Positions 9,124-18,229 of a stretch of 64,000 nt of DNA are shown here, in pieces. The DNA is from a virus (taxonomy: Duplodnaviria; Caudoviricetes). The notes beneath the pieces are model-generated. The model saw nothing but the letters and a program-made list of their open reading frames with translations. It had not been told where the DNA came from and made no database searches. The first letter of the stretch is position 1, and each line of letters opens with the position of its first letter. The stretch lies in IMG/VR virus record IMGVR_UViG_2934543808_000001, positions 70,013-134,012 of that record, one strand, 5' to 3'. The position numbers and the translations under genes are program-made.

Positions 9124-9697
9124 GGGGTACGGGTCGGTGAGGTCCGCTCGGCGAGGGGTACGCCCGGACCGGGGTACGGGGGGTACGCCCGCGCGAGGGT
9201 GCGGGTACGCCAGCGCATGGGTACGGGGTACGGCCTCAGAGGGGTACGGGGTACGGCCCCGGAGGGGTACGGGGTACGGCGCCGATGCCCGGGGTACGGG
9301 GCACGCCGCTGCAAGGTGCGGTTGCTGCGCGCCGGCCGACTGGGCGCTGTTCCCCGTGGGAACAGCGGAGCCGCAGGCGGCCCTGCGAACTCCCTGGAGC
9401 AGGACCCCCAGCCCCGTACGGCCCTGTGAGCTGCGATGACGCGCGTACCCCCGCCACGGCGTACCGCGTCCGGTGCACGTACCCGTACGCCGTACCCCGT
9501 ACCTCGGGACGGCCCCGTACCCCGTACCTGCCGCGCGGCCGTACCCCGTACCCGCCGACCCGTACCCCCGCGCACCCTCTGTGCCGAGGCGTACCCCCGG
9601 GAACGGCCGTACCCCGTACTCCCTGCGCGGGGGTACGGGGTACGGATCGTTCAGCGAAGGCGTACCCCTCGGGGAAGGTACGCCTTCGTAAGGTACG
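9124..9697. repeat. Non-coding polar GGGGTAC(G) repeat array, about 30 GTAC-core copies, orientation flips near 9350
   Basis: About 12 GGGTACG on + at 9124-9298, then mostly CGTACCC(C) at 9444-9668; lies between convergent operons. Confidence 0.85.
9348..9364. promoter_or_regulatory. 17-bp parS-like palindrome, copy 1
   Basis: TGTTCCCCGTGGGAACA. Confidence 0.65.
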
Positions 9698-9705
9698 GCG
9701 TTGCC

Positions 9706-10266
9706 CTACCGACCGGCGGCAGCCGCCTGGGCCGCGTCGCGCTCTTTCCGGCGTTCCTCGGCGGCGAGCCGATCGGCCTCTTCCTCCTCACGCACCAGCG
9801 CAAGGAAGCGCTCCGGGTGCTCGTCGGCCAGTCGCCGGCGCGCGCGGCTGCGGGGACTGCGCTCCGGCAGCAGGTGGCCCCTGCGGGCCACGATCCCGGC
9901 CCAGATGTAGAAGAAGAGCTGGGCCTCCGTCTCGGCCCTGGCGCGGAACTGGTCCAGACGGCGGCGGCGGGCGTTCTCGGACTCACTGGCTGGAGGCGGC
10001 AGGTACTTGTCCGGTTGGGCCAGAAGGTCGGGGATCAGCCGGCGGGCCTTCTTCGTGAGCTGAGGAGATCGGATCGCGTACGCAACCACGGGGTCCCGGT
10101 CGGCTTCGTCCGCTGAGATGAACGTCGCCAGCACTGCGCCGAACTGCCGGTTGGTGAGGGCGGCGAAGGCGTCGATCTGCGCCTCGACGGCCGCGGGGTC
10201 CGGCTCCGTCCAATTGCTCTGACGCGAGCCCTTGCCCTCGGGCACGTCTTGCTGCGGTGCCGCCAT
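9706..10266 (-). CDS. Hypothetical protein
   Basis: 186-aa ORF with GC3 bias and a charged helical C-terminus; start uncertain. Confidence 0.6.
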   Translation of the reverse strand: MAAPQQDVPEGKGSRQSNWTEPDPAAVEAQIDAFAALTNRQFGAVLATFISADEADRDPVVAYAIRSPQLTKKARRLIPDLLAQPDKYLPPPASESENARRRRLDQFRARAETEAQLFFYIWAGIVARRGHLLPERSPRSRARRRLADEHPERFLALVREEEEADRLAAEERRKERDAAQAAAAGR

Positions 10267-10576
10267 TCCGGCTGGCCCTCCTGGACTCGATCGTGGCCGG
10301 CTGGAGCCGACAGCGGTACGGGCAAGGTGGCCGCCCTGCGACCGATCTCCCCGCGGCCGGATCGTCCCGGATAGCGGCCGGTCCCCGGCGTTCTGGGCCC
10401 GTGGGGCGCAGTGTCTTGGGTGGTTCTCGCGCTAACGCTCCGGGGTCAACCCTGAAGGAGGACAAACACCCCAAAGAATCGCGAGTCCATCGCCTGCGAC
10501 GGTGAGATCGGCGGCACGGCGGCCACCTAGTGCGGATGATACCCGCGCGGCCCCGCGGGACCGCTATCGAGCAGCC

Positions 10577-10900
10577 CTATTCGGCCGCTGAGGCGCTTCT
10601 CGGACTGGTGACGGACTCGATGGCCGGGGTGACCCCGCTGGGCTTCCAGATCAGATCGTGCGCGCTCTGCGAGACGGCGAGGACGGCTCCGATCGTGCCG
10701 AGCGTGGGAAGGCCGTGCTGGAACTGGTCCAGCCCGCTGGTGGAGACGACGGTGACGACGCCGGCGACCAGGGCCATGACGGCGGCGACGATCTTCTTGT
10801 TCCGTACGGACCACTCGGGGCGCTGCACGACGGCGGTGATCAGCGGCATGAGGCCGCCGACGGCGGAGCCGGTGCCGATGAGTTGGAGGGTGGAGGACAT
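10577..10900 (-). CDS. Putative holin
   Basis: 107 aa with 2-3 TM segments; PLITAVVQRPEWS..K pattern of actinophage holins; at the end of the tail module. Confidence 0.7.
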   Translation of the reverse strand: MSSTLQLIGTGSAVGGLMPLITAVVQRPEWSVRNKKIVAAVMALVAGVVTVVSTSGLDQFQHGLPTLGTIGAVLAVSQSAHDLIWKPSGVTPAIESVTSPRSASAAE

Positions 10901-10934
10901 GGGGTTCCCGTCTGTCGGTGGCTGAGACGGCGGG

Positions 10935-10967
10935 AGAGTGCCGCCCGGCTGGGGCTTGCGTCCCGGG
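10935..10967 (-). promoter_or_regulatory. Late-promoter motif copy (holin)
   Basis: CCCGGGACGCAAG; CACTCT 19 nt after GAC. Confidence 0.6.
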
Positions 10968-10984
10968 GCGCGGGCGGCGTCCGG

Positions 10985-11416
10985 TCAGTCCCGGTCCTGG
11001 GCGTCCACGTCGGCTTCGATCTCCTCGGGCGGGGCGGGGGCGGGCCGGCCGAGGGTCTTCGCCACCAGGTCCCGCAGGTCCCGGATGTACTCCAGCGCCG
11101 CGGCCTTCCAGCGGCGCCACTGCCGCTGCTCCTCCTCCAGGCGCTCGACCTTGCGCTCCAGGTCGACCTGTCGCTCTTCCAGCGTCGTGACCCGGGCCAT
11201 CGTGGACTCGTTCACCGAGCGCTGCTGTTCGAGCAGCGAGGTGAACCCCTCCGTCACGGTCTTCATGGACGAGACGAACGTCTGGCCCTCGGCGATCTCG
11301 GCGTCGGCCTTGTTCTTCTTGGTGTTCTGCCGGTACACCAGCCAGCCCCCGCCGAGGACTCCGGTCATGCCGAACAGCGGGGAAAGGACGGGCGCCAGAG
11401 AGGTAAGCCACTCCAC
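10985..11416 (-). CDS. Lysis-cassette membrane protein (N-terminal TM + coiled coil)
   Basis: Single TM followed by a coiled coil; GAGGAGG RBS; adjacent to the holin. Confidence 0.6.
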   Translation of the reverse strand: MEWLTSLAPVLSPLFGMTGVLGGGWLVYRQNTKKNKADAEIAEGQTFVSSMKTVTEGFTSLLEQQRSVNESTMARVTTLEERQVDLERKVERLEEEQRQWRRWKAAALEYIRDLRDLVAKTLGRPAPAPPEEIEADVDAQDRD

Positions 11417-11499
11417 GGGCGCCTCCTCGGTCGGTGATGGTCAGGTCGGGGTGCGCGGGAGCCGGGGCCCGTGAAGGCCCGCGGCTCCCCGCATCCGGC

Positions 11500-11532
11500 A
11501 AGCTGCACCATCGAGCCGGCTTACGTCCCCGG
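11500..11532 (-). promoter_or_regulatory. Late-promoter motif copy (overlaps the upstream stop codon)
   Basis: CCGGGGACGTAAG; CAGCTT 19 nt after GAC. Confidence 0.5.
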
Positions 11533-11904
11533 CGGCGGCGTTCCGGTGGCCGCGCTCGGGCTGACGCCGGCAACCGGGTTCCACCCGACCCGGATTGCGG
11601 CCAGGAGCTGCTCGTCGCTGATGGCCTCGGCCATCGCCACCGGGTCGGTCGTCCCGGCCGCCGCCGCCGCGATCATGAGCGGCGGGGAGACGACCAGCCC
11701 GACCATCATCGCCAGGGCCTGCGCCTCGGTGGGGCTGAGCACCGTCTTGGCCAGGTTCCAGCGCAAGGGGTAGCCGGGCGTCTCCACCGGCTCGACGAAG
11801 ACCTCTTGTGCCACCACGGCGATGGCCATGCGCACGCGGGGCAGTAACGAGGGCTCGCAGGCCAGGGCGCACAGCGTGGACAGCGGCAGGGGCAGGGCGG
11901 ACAT
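11521..11904 (-). CDS. Hypothetical protein downstream of the tail fibre
   Basis: 127-aa ORF with a GAGG RBS, 12 nt after the fibre stop. Confidence 0.6.
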   Translation of the reverse strand: MSALPLPLSTLCALACEPSLLPRVRMAIAVVAQEVFVEPVETPGYPLRWNLAKTVLSPTEAQALAMMVGLVVSPPLMIAAAAAGTTDPVAMAEAISDEQLLAAIRVGWNPVAGVSPSAATGTPPPGT

Positions 11905-11916
11905 GGGGCGGTTTCC

Positions 11917-14900
11917 TCACTTGGTGTAGGTGACGCGGAGCTTCGGCGGGTTGGTCTGGCCGTAGCCGCGGGCGCGGCCGTAGTAGGTCGAGGACGTCGA
12001 GTTCGGGTCCAGGGCGATGCCGCGCCACGACGTCGAGTCGAAGACCGAGGTGATGTCGACCCACTTGCCCTCGTTGCGGGCCCAGGAGATCGTCGTGGCC
12101 TCGCTGTCGGAGGAGAACGTGGACGGGCGGGAGGTGTGCTTGTGGGCCTTGATGACGGCCTTGCCGCCCGAGTTCGAGTACCAGTGATCGAAGTAGAGGT
12201 AGATCTCCGCCTTCGAGATCGTGGCGCCGGACAGGTCGGTGGCCAGGCTGGACGGGAAGCCGATCAAGGACGCCTGGGTGCCGTTCGTGGACGAGTAGTA
12301 GCCCTGCATGCAGGAGTTGCCGTAGTACGAGTTGTACGAGCTGCGGCTGGCGTACGAGCCGGACCAGGAAGCGGAGTACGTCTTGGTGTACTTCTGCACG
12401 GGTGGGGCGGTCGTGCCGCCGCCGTCGTTGTACTGACCCGTCTCCGGGACGTGCGGGCCGACGTCCTCGATGTAGAAGTAGCCCATCGACGTGGAGGACC
12501 CCGTCATCTCGCAGGTCTGGCCGGACGGCCCCAAGGCGTTCTGGAACGTGATCAGGTACCGGTGCAGGCCGGCCCCGAGTCCGGCACCGTTGACGACGTA
12601 CTCCATCCGGCAGGTGAAGGAGTTCCCGAGGGCCATGTGGGTCACGTCGACGTACTTCTGCGGTGACGTGATCTTGGGGGCGCCGGTGCCGCCGTCGCGG
12701 AGCCGCACCTGAAGTTCTCCGCCGGCGACGGACGGGTTGGCTCGGGCGGAGAAGACGAACCTGTACATCCGCGTCGGGTCGATCTCGCAGGCCAGCTCCA
12801 CGAGCCCCATCTCGGTCCCGGACGCGGTGCGGGTGCTCGCGATGTAGTCGATGGCCTGGAGCCCGCGCGGGTAGACGTTCAGGTACTCCATGAAGTCCGA
12901 GCCGCCGATGGTCAGGCCCTCGGCGACGGCGAGACGCTGGAACCCCGCGGCCCCCTCCTGGTCGATCGTCGCGACGGGCAGGCCGCCGGTCGACAGCGTC
13001 AGGTAGTTCGGGCGGCCGGTGACGAGAGCGACCGCTTCCTCTCCGGCGTCATCGAACAACTGGAGGCCGCGTGGGCTGATCTCCGCTCGGGCCCCGGCGA
13101 CGCCGGACGCCAGGACGACGCGGCACGCCGCGTTGTCGTACTGCACGGTGCCCGCGCTGGAGTCGACGGTGGACATCGCGACGCGGAGCTGCACGGTGCC
13201 GGCGGGGGCGGCCACATCCGGAACGCCGCTGATGGACGTCCAGGCGCCCTTGACGGTGGAGCCGTCGCCTGTGGTCACGGTGCTGTACCCGAGGATGTTC
13301 CCCGAGGCGTCCAGCCACTGCCCGTAGAGACTGAGGCGGAGTCCGTTCCAGTCGCTGGAGGCGAAGTAGTCCATGCTCAGCCACAGCTTCGTCCCGGGGA
13401 CCGCGGGCAGCGTGGCCAGGGTCATCGACCGGGTGACGACCGTGGCGTTGGCGGCGTTGACCTGCAAGGCCCGTGGGGTGCCGTTGCCGGGCGTGGCGAT
13501 CGACCACCACTGATTCGAGGCGGCGCGCTGGTCGGACACGGCGCCCTCGAAGGAGGGGTCCGCGATCACGTTGCCGTCGGTGCCCAGGGACAGGCGGTCT
13601 GCGGTCAGGGAGCCGGCCTTGACGTGGGTGGCGTCGATGACTCCGGCCGCGATCTTCGTGGCGGTGACGCTGTTCACGGCGAGCTTGTCCGCGGTCACGG
13701 ACAGGGCGGCGATCTTGTCCGCGGTGATCGCCAGCGCCGCGATCTTCTCGGCGGTGACGGCCAGGGCCGTGAGCTTGTCCGTCGTGACGGCCCCGGCGAA
13801 GATCTTCGGCGCGGTGATCGCGCCGTCCGCGATCTGCACGCCCGGGACGACGGGTCTGACGGCTGCGTTGTCGAACCAGACGGCGCCGGCCGTGGCGTTG
13901 CCGGACTCGGCCCGTACGCGGCCCTGCACGGCGTCTGCGGGGGCCGTGACGGTTCCCGCGAAGCGGGCCCACGCGCCCTTGGCGGGGGCGGTGGTGCTCA
14001 GCTTGCTGTAGCTGAGGATTGTGCCGTCCGACTTCTCCCACCGCACCTGGAGGTTGATCTCGGCACCGGCCCAGTCCGTGGAGGGGTAGTAGTCGGTGGC
14101 GATGTAGAGCTGGTCCCCGGGCGTGACGGGCAGCACGGTCAGTTCGGCAGCCCGGTACGCGGCGGTCGCCGAGACGGTGTCGATCTTCAGCGAGGACGGG
14201 GAGCCGTTGCCGAACGTCTTGTCCTGCGCGAGGAAGGTCTGCTTCGCGGCGATGGCCGCGCCGCCCGCGCCCTCGAAGGAGGGGTCCGGCAGGACGTTGG
14301 GGCTGCCGACGATCGTCAGCTTGTCCGCGGTGATCGTGCCGGCGGCGATGGCTGGGGTCGTGACGGACCCGGCGGACAGCTCCGAGGCGGTGACGGACCC
14401 GGCCTTCAGCTCCCGCGCCGTGATGGCGTCGGCGGCGACCTTCCCGGCCGTGACGGAGTCCGTGGCGAGCGCCGCGGTGGTCACTGATCCGGCGACCAAG
14501 TTGACGGAGTCGACAATGCCGGTCTTCAGGGCCTCCAGGGTGACGACGTCCACCTGCATGGTCGCGGCCGAGTTCGCCGCGTTCTGTTCCCCGTAGTTCA
14601 GCCACAGGTACGGCGTGATGAACCGGACGTCGGCGTGGACCAGGCCGGCCGCGCGGGGGTCGTTGTTCGGGCCTGCCGAGCCGTTCGCGCCGGCTGCGGC
14701 CCGGCCGTTGAGGAAGCCGATGACCTGTACCCAGCCGTCGCCGGTCGTGATCGCCTTGCCCGAGGCGGCCACGTAGTAGTGCGAGTTCGGGCTGTCGGGG
14801 GTGCCGTTGCGGTTGACCAGCGTCTTGCCGTCCGCGCCGAGTCCGGCGACGCCGACGTAGAACGAGTCCGTGCCCGCTGCGCCCGCCGCGGTGAGCCGCA

Positions 14901-15855
14901 CCCGGGCGCTCAGCCGGTACAGCACGCCTGGCTCGTACGGGATGACGGTCTGGCCGAGGATGCGGTTGTAGCCCTTGGCCTCGCCCACGGTCTGTCCGGT
15001 GGGGGCGTCCGCGATCCCGGAACGGTGCTCCCAGGTGGCGCCGGTGCCCTTGTCGTTGATGGTCCAGGCGGCCGGGTCGCCCATCGCATCGACGTAGCGC
15101 TGCGCCGCGCTGTCCGAGAGGGCGCCGCCGAGCGCGTTGATCGTCACCGCGCCTTCGGCGATCTTCCCGAGGGTGACGGCCGCCTTGGCGAGTTTGTCTT
15201 CGAGGACCGCGCCGTCGGCCAGCGCGGTCGTGCCCACGGCGCCGAGGGCGATCTTCGCGGCCGTCACCGCGGACTCGGCGAGCTTGACCTCGGTCACGAT
15301 CCCGTCGACCAGGTCCTTCGGGACGGCCTGACGGGGCTGGCCTTGTACGGCTGCTGACGGGGGCCCGGTGACGGCGGCGGTGTTCTGGCCGACCAGGCGC
15401 ACCCATACGGCGTCGTAGCCCTCGATGGCGATGGTGACCGTGCCGCCGAGCGGGGCGGTGATGTCGGCGACGTGCGTGGTCACGTCCGGGGTGAAGTCGG
15501 CGGTCTGGCCGACGTGGACCTGGACGAGGAAGAAGTCCGAGGGGGTGGTGTAGCTGTCGTCCCACTGGCCGTCCCAGCCGACCACGAGCCCGGACAGGCG
15601 GGCCTCGATGGTGGGAGGCATCGGCGTGGGCGGTGGGACGGTGTTGACGGGGACCAGGGCCACCGCGCCGTCCGGCTGGACGCCGACGCTGCCCTTCAGG
15701 GTCCCCTCGGCGTCGTAGATGTCGAGGGAACCGCCCTCGATCGAGGTGTAGGCCGCCTGCGAGGTCCGCTCCAGCGCCTGGAGCCGCCGGTCGTAGTCGT
15801 TGAGCAGCGCCGCGAAGGCCCGCGCATCCGACTGGTTGTCCAGGAAGTTCGCCAT
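11917..15855 (-). CDS. Tail fibre / receptor-binding minor tail protein
   Basis: RRLQALER N-terminus, 10-aa VTAxKIAAG repeats, two NVxxDPSFEG carbohydrate-binding-like modules, C-terminal PKLRVTY beta domain. Confidence 0.8.
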   Translation of the reverse strand: MANFLDNQSDARAFAALLNDYDRRLQALERTSQAAYTSIEGGSLDIYDAEGTLKGSVGVQPDGAVALVPVNTVPPPTPMPPTIEARLSGLVVGWDGQWDDSYTTPSDFFLVQVHVGQTADFTPDVTTHVADITAPLGGTVTIAIEGYDAVWVRLVGQNTAAVTGPPSAAVQGQPRQAVPKDLVDGIVTEVKLAESAVTAAKIALGAVGTTALADGAVLEDKLAKAAVTLGKIAEGAVTINALGGALSDSAAQRYVDAMGDPAAWTINDKGTGATWEHRSGIADAPTGQTVGEAKGYNRILGQTVIPYEPGVLYRLSARVRLTAAGAAGTDSFYVGVAGLGADGKTLVNRNGTPDSPNSHYYVAASGKAITTGDGWVQVIGFLNGRAAAGANGSAGPNNDPRAAGLVHADVRFITPYLWLNYGEQNAANSAATMQVDVVTLEALKTGIVDSVNLVAGSVTTAALATDSVTAGKVAADAITARELKAGSVTASELSAGSVTTPAIAAGTITADKLTIVGSPNVLPDPSFEGAGGAAIAAKQTFLAQDKTFGNGSPSSLKIDTVSATAAYRAAELTVLPVTPGDQLYIATDYYPSTDWAGAEINLQVRWEKSDGTILSYSKLSTTAPAKGAWARFAGTVTAPADAVQGRVRAESGNATAGAVWFDNAAVRPVVPGVQIADGAITAPKIFAGAVTTDKLTALAVTAEKIAALAITADKIAALSVTADKLAVNSVTATKIAAGVIDATHVKAGSLTADRLSLGTDGNVIADPSFEGAVSDQRAASNQWWSIATPGNGTPRALQVNAANATVVTRSMTLATLPAVPGTKLWLSMDYFASSDWNGLRLSLYGQWLDASGNILGYSTVTTGDGSTVKGAWTSISGVPDVAAPAGTVQLRVAMSTVDSSAGTVQYDNAACRVVLASGVAGARAEISPRGLQLFDDAGEEAVALVTGRPNYLTLSTGGLPVATIDQEGAAGFQRLAVAEGLTIGGSDFMEYLNVYPRGLQAIDYIASTRTASGTEMGLVELACEIDPTRMYRFVFSARANPSVAGGELQVRLRDGGTGAPKITSPQKYVDVTHMALGNSFTCRMEYVVNGAGLGAGLHRYLITFQNALGPSGQTCEMTGSSTSMGYFYIEDVGPHVPETGQYNDGGGTTAPPVQKYTKTYSASWSGSYASRSSYNSYYGNSCMQGYYSSTNGTQASLIGFPSSLATDLSGATISKAEIYLYFDHWYSNSGGKAVIKAHKHTSRPSTFSSDSEATTISWARNEGKWVDITSVFDSTSWRGIALDPNSTSSTYYGRARGYGQTNPPKLRVTYTK

Positions 15856-15863
15856 GGCCGCGG

Positions 15864-15896
15864 ATGCTGCGGCGGGCAGGGTGCTTGCGTCCCGGG
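15864..15896 (-). promoter_or_regulatory. Late-promoter motif copy (tail fibre)
   Basis: CCCGGGACGCAAG; CAGCAT 19 nt after GAC and 8 nt before the ATG. Confidence 0.6.
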
Positions 15897-15899
15897 CGC

Positions 15900-15916
15900 T
15901 GTTCCCCGTGGGAACA
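15900..15916. promoter_or_regulatory. 17-bp parS-like palindrome, copy 2 (extended arms GGGCGC/GCGCCC)
   Basis: TGTTCCCCGTGGGAACA. Confidence 0.65.
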
Positions 15917-15930
15917 GCGCCCCGGCGGCG

Positions 15931-17148
15931 TCAGTAGTGGAAGGAGTCGCTGCGCTTGAGGGTGAGGACGACCAGGCCGTCCGCGCTGATCTCGTCGGCG
16001 ACGATCCGGTGCCACACCTGGACGTCGCCCACCCACGGCACGTGGACCTGGACGAGGATGTCGTCACCGAGGGACCACGACCCCAGCCGGGCGTTGGGGT
16101 GGTCAACGATCTGGATGGCGGGGATCTGGAGCGCGGCCGTGCGGCCGGCCAGCTCCTGCTCGCCGCGCTTGCGCAGCGCACTGTCGGAGCTGAGCGTCTT
16201 GTCCGTGACGGTGGCGACTCGGCGCAGGCGGTTGTCGCTGCGGTAGACCTGGGCGCGCTTCATCTTCTTGCCCTCGCCCGTGCCGAGGACGACGACTTCG
16301 TTGGCGAAGTCGTCGCCCATGCCCTCGGGCTTGGCGATGGCCAGGATGTTCTCGCCGTCGGCGAACCTCAGATCGGTGCGCTTCCGTCCGAGCCGCGGCT
16401 TCCCCAGGGTGATGCGGTGGGAGATGGTGTTCCCGCCGCCGGACCAGGAGTGCGACTCGACCCAGTCGAACGGCATGTCGCGGGCGAGGCTGTCGAGGGC
16501 CTGCCCGCAGTCGGGGTTGTTCCACCACGCCAGTTCCCAGGGGTCGGAGCCGTCCTTGGCGCCGAGGAGTTCGCCGGAGTCGTGGCTGTCGATGGTCAGG
16601 CCGAGGTTGCCGTTCGGGCGGCTCTGGATGTGGCTCCAGATGGAGCGGAACGCGTCGTAGGTGTCGATGCGGGGGCCGCCGTAGGGCTTCGGCGGGTCGG
16701 GGACGCGCTGCTTGCCCTTCTTGCCGTCGACCCACCCGTCGTGGTTCTTGTCCTTGCCGGCGTAGGGGTCTTTCGGGGTGATCAGGGCGCCGGAGATCAG
16801 GTATCCCTCGAAGGGGATGCCCTGGGGGTAGGCGGTGAAGCCCTCGCAGTTCACCGTGCACTTCGCCCCGTCGAACGCCGTCTTCGTGACGAGGCCGCCC
16901 CACCGGATGACGCCCTCGATCTCCAGGTAGAGCTTGGTTCCCCAGTCCTGGAGGATCGGCTGGCCGTCGGAGCCGATCATGCGGGCGTACTCGGGCTCGA
17001 TGGTGCCGGCCAGTGCACCGGGGCCGGACAGCTCCCGCTGCGGGTTCGAGGAGAGGGAGAGAGGGACCTCCCAGTCGAGGATGGGTTCGGCTGTTCCGGC
17101 CCACCTGCCGGCCGCCCGTTGTGCGATGTACCTCCAGCCCTCCGGCAT
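15931..17148 (-). CDS. Minor tail protein (ReqiPepy6 Gp37-like hub)
   Basis: RELSGPGAL, IRWGGLV, ANEVVVLGTGEG and GSWSLGDDI motifs; position after Dit. Confidence 0.7.
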   Translation of the reverse strand: MPEGWRYIAQRAAGRWAGTAEPILDWEVPLSLSSNPQRELSGPGALAGTIEPEYARMIGSDGQPILQDWGTKLYLEIEGVIRWGGLVTKTAFDGAKCTVNCEGFTAYPQGIPFEGYLISGALITPKDPYAGKDKNHDGWVDGKKGKQRVPDPPKPYGGPRIDTYDAFRSIWSHIQSRPNGNLGLTIDSHDSGELLGAKDGSDPWELAWWNNPDCGQALDSLARDMPFDWVESHSWSGGGNTISHRITLGKPRLGRKRTDLRFADGENILAIAKPEGMGDDFANEVVVLGTGEGKKMKRAQVYRSDNRLRRVATVTDKTLSSDSALRKRGEQELAGRTAALQIPAIQIVDHPNARLGSWSLGDDILVQVHVPWVGDVQVWHRIVADEISADGLVVLTLKRSDSFHY

Positions 17149-18122
17149 CAGTACTCGTCCTCGTCGGGGGCCTCCACGAACTCCACGTCCGCGATGATCG
17201 AGGTGGACCCGTCCACGCTGAGGTCACCGGTCTCGATCTTGGACATGTACGTCTGGAGGTAGAGGTTCTGCGTGGTCCCTCGCAGGGCCGTCGAGACGCT
17301 GAGGTTGTCGGCGACGACGATGGTCTGCCGCCGGGTCTGGGTGCCGGTGTCGTCGTCGATCACCGTGTTCTGGCCCTGGATGCCGGCGAAGACGTTCTGC
17401 ATGGTCGCGAAGACGTCGGACTTGGTCATGCGCAGGCCCGCGATCGTCGTCACGATCTTCACGCGCGTCGCCCACCGTGGGATGTCGATGCTCCACTTCG
17501 CTGCTCCCGGCCACGTGTGCCACTTGTTGTCGGAGTAGCTGAGCGTGCTGAGCGAGCCCGGGAACGAGGTGAACAGGCGGCGATCCCGGCGCGGGGCCAC
17601 CATCGTCCGCAGATCCTTGATCATGGACTGCGTGATGGCGTTCGTGTTCGGCGGGATGTCGATCCGGGCCAGGACGATCGCCGAGTTGTTGCTGCTGAGC
17701 GAGCGCACGTCCGTCGCCGTCTTCGGCACGTTGCTGACCACGCGGGTGTAGATGTACGGCCCGACCTTCGGGTTGGACGGCTGCGGCCACGTCTCGCCGT
17801 ACGCGTATGGGTTCTCGACGCGGGCCACGATCAGGTCCGAGCGGGCCGACACCCCGGTCGCGGCGATCGAGACGCGGTCGGCCGTCGGCAGCCGGCCCGC
17901 GTACGCCTGGTAGGTGGCGCCCGCGGTCCGGTTCTCGATGGCGCACGCCCCGGCGGTGATCTGCACCTCGGCGGACGGGGTGGACAGGGCCTTCACCCGT
18001 AGGTCGCCGGAGCCGACGACGCCTTCAGCCCCTCCGAAGGCCGCGTACGCCAGCAGGCGGGCGACCTCCGCGCTGTGCTCGGCACCGCCTTCGGTGAACC
18101 ACGGCACGTTGTCCCAGGGCAT
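17148..18122 (-). CDS. Minor tail protein
   Basis: Start re-called at ATG 18122 (MPWDNVPW; GGAGGAG RBS); GVVGSGDLRV, RSDLIVARV and LARIDIP..T.AIT..MI.DLR motifs. Confidence 0.75.
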   Translation of the reverse strand: MPWDNVPWFTEGGAEHSAEVARLLAYAAFGGAEGVVGSGDLRVKALSTPSAEVQITAGACAIENRTAGATYQAYAGRLPTADRVSIAATGVSARSDLIVARVENPYAYGETWPQPSNPKVGPYIYTRVVSNVPKTATDVRSLSSNNSAIVLARIDIPPNTNAITQSMIKDLRTMVAPRRDRRLFTSFPGSLSTLSYSDNKWHTWPGAAKWSIDIPRWATRVKIVTTIAGLRMTKSDVFATMQNVFAGIQGQNTVIDDDTGTQTRRQTIVVADNLSVSTALRGTTQNLYLQTYMSKIETGDLSVDGSTSIIADVEFVEAPDEDEY

Positions 18123-18157
18123 GACACTCCTCCGCTGCTTGGGGGTTGGGCAGCGGG

Positions 18158-18190
18158 ACTGTTCACCGTGGGAGCGCCTTGCGTCTCGGG
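18158..18190 (-). promoter_or_regulatory. Late-promoter motif copy overlapping a degenerate parS-like site
   Basis: CCCGAGACGCAAG; AACAGT 19 nt after GAC; TGTTCACCGTGGGAGCG at 18160-18176. Confidence 0.55.
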
Positions 18191-18209
18191 CCGACGGTCG
18201 CGGGATCGG

Positions 18210-18226
18210 TGTTCCCACGGGGAACA
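18210..18226. promoter_or_regulatory. 17-bp parS-like palindrome, copy 3
   Basis: TGTTCCCACGGGGAACA. Confidence 0.65.
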
Positions 18227-18229
18227 GCG

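Noticed and set aside
9124-9697. CRISPR array or protein-coding ORFs in the GTAC repeat field
   Set aside because: Repeats are 7-8 bp with irregular spacing and no cas genes are present. The ORFs are translations of the repeats (GYG/VRG/PYP) without codon bias.
13600-15300. 30-bp quasi-repeats as a DNA-level element or DGR
   Set aside because: They encode the VTAxKIAAG fibre repeats; no reverse transcriptase or TR/VR pair was seen.
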